This document shows positions 17,253 to 26,799 of a stretch of DNA of 64,000 nt, in pieces. This stretch comes from an uncultured Lachnospiraceae bacterium. Its GTDB lineage: Bacteria > Bacillota > Clostridia > Lachnospirales > Lachnospiraceae. The stretch lies in the NCBI GenBank assembly GCA_900314295.1, contig OMUU01000107.1, positions 5,201 through 69,200 on the forward strand, read 5' to 3'. The number at the start of each line of letters is the position of its first letter. Positions within the stretch are counted from its first letter, which is position 1. The notes beneath the pieces were generated by a model. The model did no database searches and was not told where the DNA came from. It saw nothing but the letters and a program-made list of their open reading frames with translations. A program made the translations under genes and the position numbers.

Positions 17253-17370
17253 GTTACATCGGATTCATGATCCGGTGTAACAGGAACAGGATACAGACAT
17301 GAACCGGGGACCCGCCTCTGGCGGGCTGCCGGCTGTGTCTGTTTTTTCGCGGTTTATAACAATTCATCAC

Positions 17371-17402
17371 ATCGGGAGAACCGCAGGTTCTCGAGATAGA
17401 GG
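17371..17402 (+). repeat. 32-nt hairpin motif, copy 1 (ATCGGGAGAACCGCAGGTTCTCGAGATAGAGG)
   Basis: 29 of 32 nt identical to 62006-62037. The core stem is GAGAA(CC)/(GG)TTCTC. Confidence 0.6.
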
Positions 17403-17600
17403 TACTGACTGGTTGCCCCAATTGCCCATAGATAACGGGGAATCACCGCGTTCTTTCCGCGGGAAAGAAGGCTTCTCGGGAAGGGTATTCTTTGGCGAGA
17501 ATGAGGCTTCTTGGAAAAGAAATTCTTTTTTACGCAAATACAGCTGAGGACGCGTCTCCGGTTGACAGAGAAACAGGGAGTTAAGAACAGGGAGTTAGAT

Positions 17601-18239
17601 ATGTATCTGATAGCAGGACTGGGAAATCCGGGGAGAAAATACGACGGTACGAAGCACAACATGGGCTTCGACGTCATTACAGAGCTGGCGGACCGCTATA
17701 ATGTGCCTTCCTCAGGGCTTTCGATGAAGGCGATGTATGGCAAGGCCGTGATCGGCGGGGAGAAGGCGATTCTGATCAAGCCTCTTACCTATATGAATCT
17801 GTCGGGCGAAGCCATTCAAGAATATGTACATTATTATAAAATCGACCCGGAGACGCAGCTGATCGTCGTATATGATGATATCGACCTGGAGCCCGGTCAG
17901 CTTCGGATCCGGAAGAAGGGAAGCGCCGGGGGCCACAATGGCATGAAAAACATCATTCAGTGCCTGGGGACCGACCGTTTTGCGAGGATCCGCGTGGGCA
18001 TCGGCGCAAAACCGGAGCACTGGGATCTTGCGGACTATGTTCTGGCTCCATTTCCCCGAGACGTGAGAGAGACGATAGACGCTTCGATCCGGGATGCCGC
18101 GGATGCGGTTGAGATGATTCTTGAGGGAGAGATCGACGCGGCGATGGGGAAGTATAACCAGAGCCGGAAGAAAGCGCAAGATGCAATTCGTGTCATTTGT
18201 GTAAGGAAGAAACAGGAAGAGAAAAAACAGTATGATTAG
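17601..18239 (+). CDS. pth: Peptidyl-tRNA hydrolase
   Basis: MYLIAGLGNPGRKYDGTKHNMGF and GHNGMKNI motifs. It uses an internal start of ORF 17511..18239 and overlaps the mfd start. Confidence 0.9.
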   Translation: MYLIAGLGNPGRKYDGTKHNMGFDVITELADRYNVPSSGLSMKAMYGKAVIGGEKAILIKPLTYMNLSGEAIQEYVHYYKIDPETQLIVVYDDIDLEPGQLRIRKKGSAGGHNGMKNIIQCLGTDRFARIRVGIGAKPEHWDLADYVLAPFPRDVRETIDASIRDAADAVEMILEGEIDAAMGKYNQSRKKAQDAIRVICVRKKQEEKKQYD

Positions 18240-21200
18240 GGCATTGGAACAGCCGCTGGAGAGGATGGTCGGTTACGAGGACCTGAAGAAGGAGATCGGA
18301 TCCGGCAGCGGTGCGATTGAGATTTCCGGATGCCTGGATTCCCAGAAGGCGCACATTGCCGCGGGGCTCGCCGAGGGGCGGCCCGACGCTCTGCTGATCG
18401 CGGAGAATGAGCTGAAGGCAAGAGCGCTGTATGAGGATTTCAGACTTTTCGATCCGGATGTGATGTATTTTCCCAGAAGGGACCTGATTTTCTATCAGGC
18501 GGATGTGTCGGGAAACCTGCTGACGAAACAGAGAATGCAGGTGATAAAAGCGCTGATTGAGCAGAAGAATGTCACGGTGATTACCTCCACAGGGGGGTGC
18601 ATGGACTATCTTCTGCCTCTTGACGTGCTCCGGAAAGATGCGGTGACGATCCGAAGTGACAGTGAGATCGACATACAGGAGCTCAGCCGCAGACTCGCGG
18701 AGATGGGCTATGAGAGGGTTGGCCAGACGGAGGCGTCGGGGCAGTTCGCGGTCCGGGGAGACATCATCGACGTATTTCCGCTGACGGAGGAGGACCCCTG
18801 GCGGATCGAGCTCTGGGACAATCAGGTGGATTCGATCCGAAGCTTCGACGCGGAGAGTCAGAGATCGATCGACAGCAATCTGGATGAGATTACGATTTAT
18901 CCGGCTGTCGAGGAAATCGGACGGGACGACGATGCCCTGCGTGAGGAGAACGAGGGAGACGGCAGCCGGGAGGAAAAGGCGAGGGCGTTTTACCGGAGAC
19001 TGACGGATACCTTCCTCGATTATTTTCCCGAGGGAAGCGTTTTTTTCCTGGATGAGCCCGCGAGACTCCTTGAAAATGCAAAGGCGATTGCCGACGAATA
19101 TCAGGAGGCGATGAAGCACCGGCTCGAGGAGGGACGGATAACCGGCATCGAGGCGAACCGCATGATAACGGCGGATCAGCTGGCATACGATCTCGGGCGG
19201 AAGAGCTGTGTGGCCCTGTCGCTGATGGAACAGCATCATCTGCCTCTGGAGATCCGCGACCGGATTTCGGTGACGGCGCGTTCGGTGAGCTCGTACAACA
19301 ATCAGTTCCCGATGCTGGTAAATGATCTGAGGAATTACCGCAAAAACCATTACCGCACGGTGCTGCTGTCGGCGTCCCGAACCCGCGGGAAACGGTTGGC
19401 GGAAAATCTTGTGGAAGAAGGTCTTCCGGCGTTTTTCAGCGAGGATGCGGACCGGGAGCTCGCCGCGGATGAGATCATGGTCACCAGGGGCAATATCCGC
19501 CGGGGCTTTGAATATCCGATGCAGAAGTTTGTGCTCATCACGGAGTCGGACATTTTCGGAGCGGAGAAGCACAGAAGCCGGAAGAAAAAAAAGGACACAT
19601 CCGGAGCGGAGCGAATCCGGAGCTTTGCGGATCTGACGGTCGGGGACTATGTGGTGCATGAAAACCACGGTCTTGGCATCTACCGCGGAATCGAGAAGGT
19701 GGTCGTCGATCACGTCGCGAAGGACTACATCAAGATTGAATACGCGGGCGGAAGCAATCTGTATGTGCTCGCCACGCAGCTGGATTCTCTGCAGAAATAT
19801 TCCGGCGGAGAATCGGGCGGCGGCAAGAGGGTCAAAATCAATACGCTCGGCGGACGTGACTGGACGAAGACCAGAAGCAAGGTCCGGGGCGCGGTAAAGA
19901 ACATCGCGAAGGAGCTGGTGGCGCTGTATGCCTCTCGTGAAAGGACGGAAGGCTATCAGTACGGACCGGACACGGAGTGGCAGAGAGAGTTTGAGGAGAT
20001 GTTCCCCTTTGAGGAGACGGAGGATCAGCTTCAGGCGATCGAGGATACGAAGCGGGATATGGAGAGCCGGAAGGCCATGGACCGTCTGATCTGCGGCGAC
20101 GTGGGCTACGGCAAGACCGAGATCGCGATCCGGGCTGCCTTCAAGGCGGTGCAGGACAACAAGCAGGTTGTTCTCCTGTGTCCGACGACGATACTCGCGC
20201 AGCAGCATTACAATACCTTTACCCAGAGGATGAAGGATTTTCCGGTCCGGGTCGACATGCTGAGCCGGTTCCGCACATATGCCCAGCAGAAGAAGACGAT
20301 TGAGGCGGTGCGCAAGGGAATGGTGGACATTCTGATCGGAACGCACCGGGTGTTGTCGAAGGATATCACGTTCAAGGATCTGGGCCTTCTGATCATCGAC
20401 GAGGAGCAGCGGTTCGGCGTGACCCACAAGGAAAAAATCAAGCAGCTGAAGCGGAACGTGGATGTGCTGACTCTGACGGCGACTCCGATCCCGAGAACGC
20501 TCCACATGAGCCTGATCGGTATCCGGGATATGAGCGTTCTGGAGGAACCGCCGCTGGACCGCATGCCGATCCAGACCTATGTCATGGAGTACGATGAGGA
20601 GCTGGTGAGAGAGGCGATCAGCCGGGAGCTTGCGCGAGACGGGCAGGTATTTTTTGTCTACAACCGTGTGAACGGAATCGCGGACATGGCGGTGAGGATC
20701 CAGGAGCTGGTGCCGGATGCCGAGGTTGCCTACGCACACGGGCAGATGAAGGAAAATGAGCTGGAAAAAATCATGTACCGGTTCATCAACGGGGAGATCG
20801 ACGTGCTGGTGTCCACGACGATCATTGAGACGGGAATGGACATCTCGAATGTCAATACGCTGATCGTCTGCGACGCGGACCGGCTGGGGCTCTCGCAGCT
20901 GTATCAGCTCCGCGGAAGGGTCGGAAGGTCAAACCGGAACGCCTACGCGTTTCTGATGTACCGCAGGAACAAGATGCTCAAGGAGGACGCGGAGAAGCGG
21001 CTTCACGCGATCCGTGAGTTCACGGAGCTCGGAAGCGGCGTGAAAATCGCGATGCGGGATCTGGAGATTCGCGGAGCCGGAAATCTTCTGGGCGCGGAGC
21101 AGTCCGGGCATATGGAGGCGGTCGGCTACGATCTGTACTGCAAGATGCTCAATGATGCGGTCCGGGAGGCAAAAGGCGGCAGAGAAGAGGCGGAATTCGA

Positions 21201-21675
21201 GACGACCATCGATCTGTCGGTGGATGCGTTTATTCCGGAGAGCTACATCCCGGAGGAGGGACAGAAGCTGGATATCTATAAGCGGATCGCGTGCATCGAG
21301 ACGTCCGAGGAAGCGGACGAGATGGTCAGCGAGCTTCTGGACCGCTACGGAGAACCGCCGGAATCCGTCACGAATCTGGTCAGCGTGTCCCTTCTGAAGG
21401 CGGACGCGCACAGAGCCTTTATCTCGGAGATCAAGCAGACCAGAGATGAGGTTCGGATCATGCTCTATCCGCAGGCGGAGATCAACGGGGCGGAGATCCC
21501 GAAGATTCTGGAGGAAGAAGAGTTCCGAAACCGCCTGTTCTTCAAGGCCGGCGCGAAGCCTTATTTTTCCTATGTGCTGCGGAAAGCCTCCGACAGACGC
21601 TATGGAAGGATCCGGAAGGCGATGACGGATTTTGCAGGGGAGCTGCAGAAGATCCGGATCAATGAGGGAAAGTGA
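18232..21675 (+). CDS. mfd: Transcription-repair coupling factor Mfd
   Basis: 1147 aa. UvrB-homology N-terminus, a CarD-like module (VGDYVVHENHGLG), superfamily-2 helicase motifs (GDVGYGKTE, DEEQRFG) and a TRCF C-terminal domain. It follows pth, the classical order. Confidence 0.95.
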   Translation: MIRALEQPLERMVGYEDLKKEIGSGSGAIEISGCLDSQKAHIAAGLAEGRPDALLIAENELKARALYEDFRLFDPDVMYFPRRDLIFYQADVSGNLLTKQRMQVIKALIEQKNVTVITSTGGCMDYLLPLDVLRKDAVTIRSDSEIDIQELSRRLAEMGYERVGQTEASGQFAVRGDIIDVFPLTEEDPWRIELWDNQVDSIRSFDAESQRSIDSNLDEITIYPAVEEIGRDDDALREENEGDGSREEKARAFYRRLTDTFLDYFPEGSVFFLDEPARLLENAKAIADEYQEAMKHRLEEGRITGIEANRMITADQLAYDLGRKSCVALSLMEQHHLPLEIRDRISVTARSVSSYNNQFPMLVNDLRNYRKNHYRTVLLSASRTRGKRLAENLVEEGLPAFFSEDADRELAADEIMVTRGNIRRGFEYPMQKFVLITESDIFGAEKHRSRKKKKDTSGAERIRSFADLTVGDYVVHENHGLGIYRGIEKVVVDHVAKDYIKIEYAGGSNLYVLATQLDSLQKYSGGESGGGKRVKINTLGGRDWTKTRSKVRGAVKNIAKELVALYASRERTEGYQYGPDTEWQREFEEMFPFEETEDQLQAIEDTKRDMESRKAMDRLICGDVGYGKTEIAIRAAFKAVQDNKQVVLLCPTTILAQQHYNTFTQRMKDFPVRVDMLSRFRTYAQQKKTIEAVRKGMVDILIGTHRVLSKDITFKDLGLLIIDEEQRFGVTHKEKIKQLKRNVDVLTLTATPIPRTLHMSLIGIRDMSVLEEPPLDRMPIQTYVMEYDEELVREAISRELARDGQVFFVYNRVNGIADMAVRIQELVPDAEVAYAHGQMKENELEKIMYRFINGEIDVLVSTTIIETGMDISNVNTLIVCDADRLGLSQLYQLRGRVGRSNRNAYAFLMYRRNKMLKEDAEKRLHAIREFTELGSGVKIAMRDLEIRGAGNLLGAEQSGHMEAVGYDLYCKMLNDAVREAKGGREEAEFETTIDLSVDAFIPESYIPEEGQKLDIYKRIACIETSEEADEMVSELLDRYGEPPESVTNLVSVSLLKADAHRAFISEIKQTRDEVRIMLYPQAEINGAEIPKILEEEEFRNRLFFKAGAKPYFSYVLRKASDRRYGRIRKAMTDFAGELQKIRINEGK

Positions 21676-21874
21676 ACAGTAATGAACGGGATGGCAGTTG
21701 TGAATTATTTAATTTCGAGTTGCCCTGCCCCGGCATTGAGTATATAATTTAAACATTGGTGCCGGGAAGGATGGCGCCGGAATCGTGTTACTTTTCACAG
21801 CAGGTAAGAAATCTTTGTCTTATCAGCTATGTGTGAAAGTTTCGATAAGTATGAATGATTCGGAGGAATCGGTA

Positions 21875-23071
21875 ATGAAGAAGTTTAAAAAGGCATCTCT
21901 GTGCACAGTCCTGGCGATGGCTATGATGGTCTCTGTATTTGCGGGATGCGGAAAAGTTGACGGAACGAAGACGGCTCTGGCGGTCGGCGATGAGAAGGTC
22001 AGCCTTGGTACGGCGGCATTTTTCCTGAGATATCAGCAGGCTACTACAACGTATATGCTGCAGCAGTACGGTCTGTCTTCCGGTACCTTCTGGAGCAATC
22101 AGTATTCGGCTGCCACAAGCTCGCAGGATGCCATGACGTATGGAGACAACCTCAAGAGCTCGGTGAAGGATACGATTGTACAGGATGTGCTTCTGCGTGA
22201 GCACGCATCGGATTACAGCGTGACCATTCCGGATGAGCTGGCGACGCAGATCGCGGACGCGGCGAAGTCAACCTATGAGAAGAACCAGAAGAAGCTGGAC
22301 AAGATAGGAGTTTCCCAGGACAATATCAAGGAGGTTCTGGAGTTTCAGACCTACCAGCAGCTGATGTTTGATCCGATGACCGCGGACACGGACACGAATG
22401 TTACGGATGATGAGGCGAAGCAGTCCAGCATCACGTATGCGCGGATTGCTCTGACGAAGACGGACAACAGCAGCGGAACGACAACGGATGCGACAGATGA
22501 TGAGAAGGCCACCTACAAGAAGGAGCTGGAAGAGCTTCTGACGCAGGTTAAGGACAGCGGCGACGTCGCGAACGCTGACATGAAGACGATGGCGAGCAAT
22601 CTGGACAACACCAATATCGCCTGCACGACCTATTCCTACGGCGCGGACGACACGGTAATGCCGAGCGCGGTTCTTGACGCGGCGAAGGGCCTTTCCGACG
22701 GAGAGATCTATGACGGCGTGATCGACACCGGGGATTACTATTATCTGGTGAGAATGGACAAGACCTTCGATAAGGATGCGACGGAAACGAAGAAACAGAG
22801 CATTGTATCGGAGAGAAAACAGGCTAATTACAACAAGAAGATTCAGGAGTGGAAGGACGCTGTACAGGTCGTAGAGGAAAGCCCCTGGAAGAAGCTGGAG
22901 GTGAATGACACCGACGCTTACACAGAGCTCGTAGCTTCTTCATCGTCCTCATCTACCTCTGTATCGGGAAGCTCTGTAACGTCATCTTCGGCAGTAACGT
23001 CAGGAAGCAGCGCAGCTTCATCATCAGCGGTAAGCTCGAGCAGCGCAGCTGTGGCATCTTCCGCGCAGTGA
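21875..23071 (+). CDS. Lipoprotein, SurA-N/PrsA-like chaperone without an obvious rotamase domain, with a Ser-rich tail
   Basis: MKKFKKASLCTVLAMAMMVSVFAGCG has a lipobox. It sits after mfd, where PrsA/SurA-like foldases commonly lie in Firmicutes. The domain call is tentative. Confidence 0.6.
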   Translation: MKKFKKASLCTVLAMAMMVSVFAGCGKVDGTKTALAVGDEKVSLGTAAFFLRYQQATTTYMLQQYGLSSGTFWSNQYSAATSSQDAMTYGDNLKSSVKDTIVQDVLLREHASDYSVTIPDELATQIADAAKSTYEKNQKKLDKIGVSQDNIKEVLEFQTYQQLMFDPMTADTDTNVTDDEAKQSSITYARIALTKTDNSSGTTTDATDDEKATYKKELEELLTQVKDSGDVANADMKTMASNLDNTNIACTTYSYGADDTVMPSAVLDAAKGLSDGEIYDGVIDTGDYYYLVRMDKTFDKDATETKKQSIVSERKQANYNKKIQEWKDAVQVVEESPWKKLEVNDTDAYTELVASSSSSSTSVSGSSVTSSSAVTSGSSAASSSAVSSSSAAVASSAQ

Positions 23072-23158
23072 CAGATATATCCGGAAGGACAGATTACAGA
23101 TTTGTGAGAGTCTGCCGGCTGTTGGCGGGCATGTACGGAGAGAAAGGAACGAACAGGA

Positions 23159-24166
23159 TTGTATAACGATTTATTCTCAATCGGACCGGTTACCGTACAC
23201 ACCTACGGGCTGATGATCGGGATCGGTATCATCTGCGCATATTTTCTCGCAGAACACAGGGCGAAGCAGAAGGGCATGACCGAGCGGGAGAAGGAAAAGA
23301 TCTTCGGTCTGGTTATTGCCTGTGTGGTTTTTGGATTTCTGTTTTCGAAGATTCTATATATCATTACGATTATCCCGGAGCTTGCGGCCAGAACGCTGAC
23401 TCTGGGCGATGCGGTTTCAAACGGCTGGGTAATTTTCGGAGGACTGCTGGGCGGTCTTTTCGGCGGCATCCTCTACTGCAAGTGGCAGAAGCTGAATGTC
23501 TGGCTGTATTTCGATGTGGCGTTCCCGGCGGTTGCCCTTGCACAGGGATTCGGACGGATCGGCTGCTTTTTTGCAGGATGCTGCTACGGCGTCGAGACGG
23601 ACGGACCGATCTACCTGGAGTTCACGCATTCGAATTACGCGCCGAACGGCGTGCATCTGGTGCCGACCGAGCTGATCATGAGCGCGGGCGACTTCCTGCT
23701 TTTTGCGTTTCTGGTCATATTCGACAAGAAGTGGAAGAAGAAGGAGGGCGAGCTCGCCGGGTGGTATCTGACGCTCTATAGCATCGGACGCTTTATCGTG
23801 GAGTTCTGGAGAGGCGATCTGATCCGCGGACAGGTCGGACCGCTCTCAACCTCTCAGTTCATCGGACTGTTCACGGTCGCGGCAGGAATTATGATCCTGC
23901 TCTATCTCCGGAGGCATGATCCCGGAGCTGCGTTCCGGGCGAAAGCGAAGGCGGCAGAAGCAGAGGCGGCGGAGAACTCTGAGACAACGGAGACCACGGA
24001 GGATTCGGAGAATGCGCAGGAATCAATGAATCCGGAAAATCTGCAGGTTTCGGAGAATACGCAGGAAACAGCGAATCCGGAGATGCAGCAGGACTGGGAT
24101 AATACGCAGAAAGAAGCGGATCCGGAGATGCCGCAAGGTATGGTACCGGAAAGTGGAAAAGAATAA
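23159..24166 (+). CDS. lgt: Prolipoprotein diacylglyceryl transferase with an ~80-aa acidic repeat tail
   Basis: TTG start. Lgt signature GRIGCFFAGCCYG, multiple TM helices and a tail reading ENSETTETTEDSENAQ...NTQETANPEMQQDWDNTQKEADPEMPQ. Confidence 0.9.
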   Translation: MYNDLFSIGPVTVHTYGLMIGIGIICAYFLAEHRAKQKGMTEREKEKIFGLVIACVVFGFLFSKILYIITIIPELAARTLTLGDAVSNGWVIFGGLLGGLFGGILYCKWQKLNVWLYFDVAFPAVALAQGFGRIGCFFAGCCYGVETDGPIYLEFTHSNYAPNGVHLVPTELIMSAGDFLLFAFLVIFDKKWKKKEGELAGWYLTLYSIGRFIVEFWRGDLIRGQVGPLSTSQFIGLFTVAAGIMILLYLRRHDPGAAFRAKAKAAEAEAAENSETTETTEDSENAQESMNPENLQVSENTQETANPEMQQDWDNTQKEADPEMPQGMVPESGKE

Positions 24167-24372
24167 TTCAGGTGAAAGATGAGAATTATAGATCTGGATC
24201 TTTTTTCGTATTTGATGTTTTCGCCATTTTCTTCTTTGCACATAACGCTTGATTGACGTAATATGGTATTGTGCTATCAAATTTTCAACCTCACAAAACG
24301 AACCGATTAGGTTCTAATATATTGACAATATGCACCTAACTGTATACCATAAAAGAAAAGGAGGTGCATACA

Positions 24373-24672
24373 ATGGGACAGGCAACGTTCAGTGTTCGTA
24401 TGGATGAAACGTTAAAAAAACAGTTTGACAGTCTTTGCCAAGACTTTGGAATGACGGCAACAACGGCTATCAATGTTTTTGCAAGGGCGGTTGTCAGAGA
24501 GCGAAAAATTCCCTTTGAAATTACTGCATCTGAACCTGCTGTCACAAGAGAAGGGGCGATGCAGGCATTTAGAGCACTGCGGAACCAGGCTAAGACAAAC
24601 GGTGTGACGGATCTGTCGTTAGATGAAATTAACAATGAAATCAACCTTGTGCGCCGGGAGGATAAGGTATGA
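24373..24672 (+). CDS. RelB/DinJ-family antitoxin
   Basis: MGQATFSVRMDETLKKQFDSLCQDFGMTATTAINVFARAVVRERKIPFE is a typical DinJ ribbon-helix-helix N-terminus. AGGAGG lies 8 nt upstream. Confidence 0.75.
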   Translation: MGQATFSVRMDETLKKQFDSLCQDFGMTATTAINVFARAVVRERKIPFEITASEPAVTREGAMQAFRALRNQAKTNGVTDLSLDEINNEINLVRREDKV

Positions 24673-25091
24673 TCTGTTATGCCGTGATTGATACCAACGT
24701 ACTGGTATCAGCTATGCTGTCCAGCAAGGACGACACTGCGACTGTTCAAGTGGTTTCCAGGATGCTCCGGGGTGAGATCATTCCGCTCTATAGCAATGTC
24801 ATTGTACAAGAATATAGGAAGGTTTTATGCCGCCCCAAGTTTGGTTTCGCAGTAGAGCTCGTCAATTACCTTATAGCTGCAGTAGAAAAATACGGTATTC
24901 TCGTGGACCCGTCATCTTCCGGTGTTGCGCTTCCGGACATGAAGGATGTTCCTTTCTATGAGGTGGTGCTGGAAAAAAGGACGGAAGATGCTTTTCTGGT
25001 AACAGGAAATATTAAACACTTTCCTAATGATCCCTTTATTGTAACACCTCGGGAGTTGCTGAATATTCTGGACCAAAAAACCACTAAATAG
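24669..25091 (+). CDS. PIN-domain toxin (VapC-like ribonuclease)
   Basis: MICYAVIDTNVLVSAM carries the first acidic PIN residue. 140 aa, with an ATGA start/stop overlap with the antitoxin. Confidence 0.8.
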   Translation: MICYAVIDTNVLVSAMLSSKDDTATVQVVSRMLRGEIIPLYSNVIVQEYRKVLCRPKFGFAVELVNYLIAAVEKYGILVDPSSSGVALPDMKDVPFYEVVLEKRTEDAFLVTGNIKHFPNDPFIVTPRELLNILDQKTTK

Positions 25092-25146
25092 GCAGCGCAA
25101 ACGCTCAACCAGTTTTCAGGGTCAATCCATTATACTGACATTTCAT

Positions 25147-25178
25147 CCCTACTGTCACGGTGATAGTAGGGATTTTTA
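25147..25178 (+). terminator. Rho-independent terminator after the PIN gene
   Basis: CCCTACT ... AGTAGGG stem followed by ATTTTTA. Confidence 0.65.
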
Positions 25179-25345
25179 TATGCAAAAATCCGGCCGATTT
25201 GCGCTCGCATCGAAGGATGTGGATACACCAGATGATTTATATGGAAACATTATAGATGAGTGAAAATACAAAAGAATCCTCTTCCACAAAACGAGGGCGA
25301 AAGAGGAAAATCATTCGGACATATAGGTGTAGAGTTGCTTTTGCT

Positions 25346-25984
25346 TTAAACGTAGCGGTAGTGCAGCACGGCACGCCGGATCAGGTCGAAGATCAGGCCG
25401 GAGCCGAGAGACAGAAGGGCCACGAGGAGCCCGCCGGTGAGCAGGATATCGGACCGGAAGAGCCCAAGTCCTGTGAAGATGATTTCTCCGAGCCCTCCGG
25501 CGCCGATCATCGCGGCAAGAGTGGCGCTGGCGATGACTTCCACGAGGCTGGTGCGGATTCCTGCGAGGATCATGGGAAGCGCCTGTGGAACGCGGACGTG
25601 CCAGAATTGCTCGCGTTCGGTCATTCCAATTCCGGCGGCGCATTCGAGCATGAAATCAGGGACGCCGGAAAATCCTACGATGGTGTTCAGAAGAATCGGT
25701 GGAATGGCGAGGATAGTGAGAGCGGTCACCGCCGGGCGTATACCGGTTCCCATGACAGGGATCAGGAGAAAAAGAAGCGCAAGGGAAGGCACGACACGGA
25801 GAATCTGAAAGGGAGCGGAGATGATCTGCTCTCTTTTTGCTGACTTTGAAGCCAGATAACCGAGCGGAATCCCGACCGCAGCTGCGACGGCAAGGGACAG
25901 AAGACTTACGAAGAGATGCTGCCGGATCTGCAGGAGGATCTGAGGACCGTTCTGCTGTATGTATAAGATCATTCCCTTAATCAT
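25346..25984 (-). CDS. OpuC/OpuB-type osmoprotectant ABC transporter permease
   Basis: 212 aa BPD-type permease and the last gene of the SBP-ATPase-permease-permease operon. It overlaps the upstream permease by 4 nt. Confidence 0.85.
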   Translation of the reverse strand: MIKGMILYIQQNGPQILLQIRQHLFVSLLSLAVAAAVGIPLGYLASKSAKREQIISAPFQILRVVPSLALLFLLIPVMGTGIRPAVTALTILAIPPILLNTIVGFSGVPDFMLECAAGIGMTEREQFWHVRVPQALPMILAGIRTSLVEVIASATLAAMIGAGGLGEIIFTGLGLFRSDILLTGGLLVALLSLGSGLIFDLIRRAVLHYRYV

Positions 25985-26799
25985 CTGCGATCACTCCTTT
26001 CCATTTCGGAATCGCGCCCCGGATCTGTCGGCGCGGGTATTGCTTCGCGCGGTTCGTTTCCTGCGGCAGCCTGCGGGTTTGTCAGTGCGTGGTTTGCTGT
26101 GTGGAGTTCGCTTTCGGCGGCAGCCGCCGGGTTTGTCGGTGCGTGGTTTGCTGTGTGGAGTTCGTTTCCTGCGGCAGCCTGTGGGTTTGTCGCCGTGCGT
26201 TTTTCTCCGAGCTTCAGAAGGGCGTCCATCGCGACAGCGAGGCCGGCGGAGAGTACGCTTCCCCATAGAATCTTCACGACGTTCTGCGTGCGCATACCGG
26301 AAAACAGCAGATCGCCGAGACCGCCGGCATTGATGCAGGAGGCGATGGTGGCGATTCCGATCGTCGATACCATGGCGAGACGGATGCCGGCGTAGATTGC
26401 GGGGCGGGCCAGAGGAAGCTGAATGCGGCGCAGAATCTGAAGCTTTGTCATACCGATTCCGCGGGCGGCTTCGCGGACTCCCGGGTCAACCTCTTCAAGT
26501 CCGGTCAGAAAATTGCGCAGAAGCAGGTACTGGTTGTAGATGACGAGCACGGTTATTGCTGATGGCATTCCAAGGCCGGTGAGCGGTATCAGGAGAGCAA
26601 ACAGTGCCATGGAAGGGATGGAGTAGATTAATGAAAAAATCTGAACGAGAAACGAGCCGAGCTTCGGAACCTCTACGGAGAGCACCGTAAGGATTCCCGC
26701 CAGGAGCACGGAGATCACGAGGGTGATCAGGACAATTTCCAGGTGCTCCGCCAGGGGAATCAGAACCTTGTCGGGATTGGATACAAGATAGCGGATCAT
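25981..26799 (-). CDS. OpuC/OpuB-type ABC transporter permease with a repeat-encoded C-terminal extension
   Basis: The permease core covers about 210 aa. The tail reads TNPQAAAGNELHTANHAP/TNPAAAAESELHTANHAL/TNPQAAAGNEPREA. Confidence 0.85.
   Translation of the reverse strand: MIRYLVSNPDKVLIPLAEHLEIVLITLVISVLLAGILTVLSVEVPKLGSFLVQIFSLIYSIPSMALFALLIPLTGLGMPSAITVLVIYNQYLLLRNFLTGLEEVDPGVREAARGIGMTKLQILRRIQLPLARPAIYAGIRLAMVSTIGIATIASCINAGGLGDLLFSGMRTQNVVKILWGSVLSAGLAVAMDALLKLGEKRTATNPQAAAGNELHTANHAPTNPAAAAESELHTANHALTNPQAAAGNEPREAIPAPTDPGRDSEMERSDRR
26052..26205. repeat. 2.8 x 54-bp in-frame tandem repeat inside the permease 3' end
   Basis: GTTCGTTTCCTGCGGCAGCCTGCGGGTTTGTCAGTGCGTGGTTTGCTGTGTGGA recurs at 26052, 26106 and 26160. 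Confidence 0.8.

Noticed and set aside
18193-20739. 848-aa ORF on the minus strand
   Set aside because: It lies entirely antisense to mfd, whose helicase and CarD-like motifs are unambiguous. Its composition is L/R/H/D/Q-rich with no motifs, which is the typical shadow frame of a codon-biased GC-rich gene.
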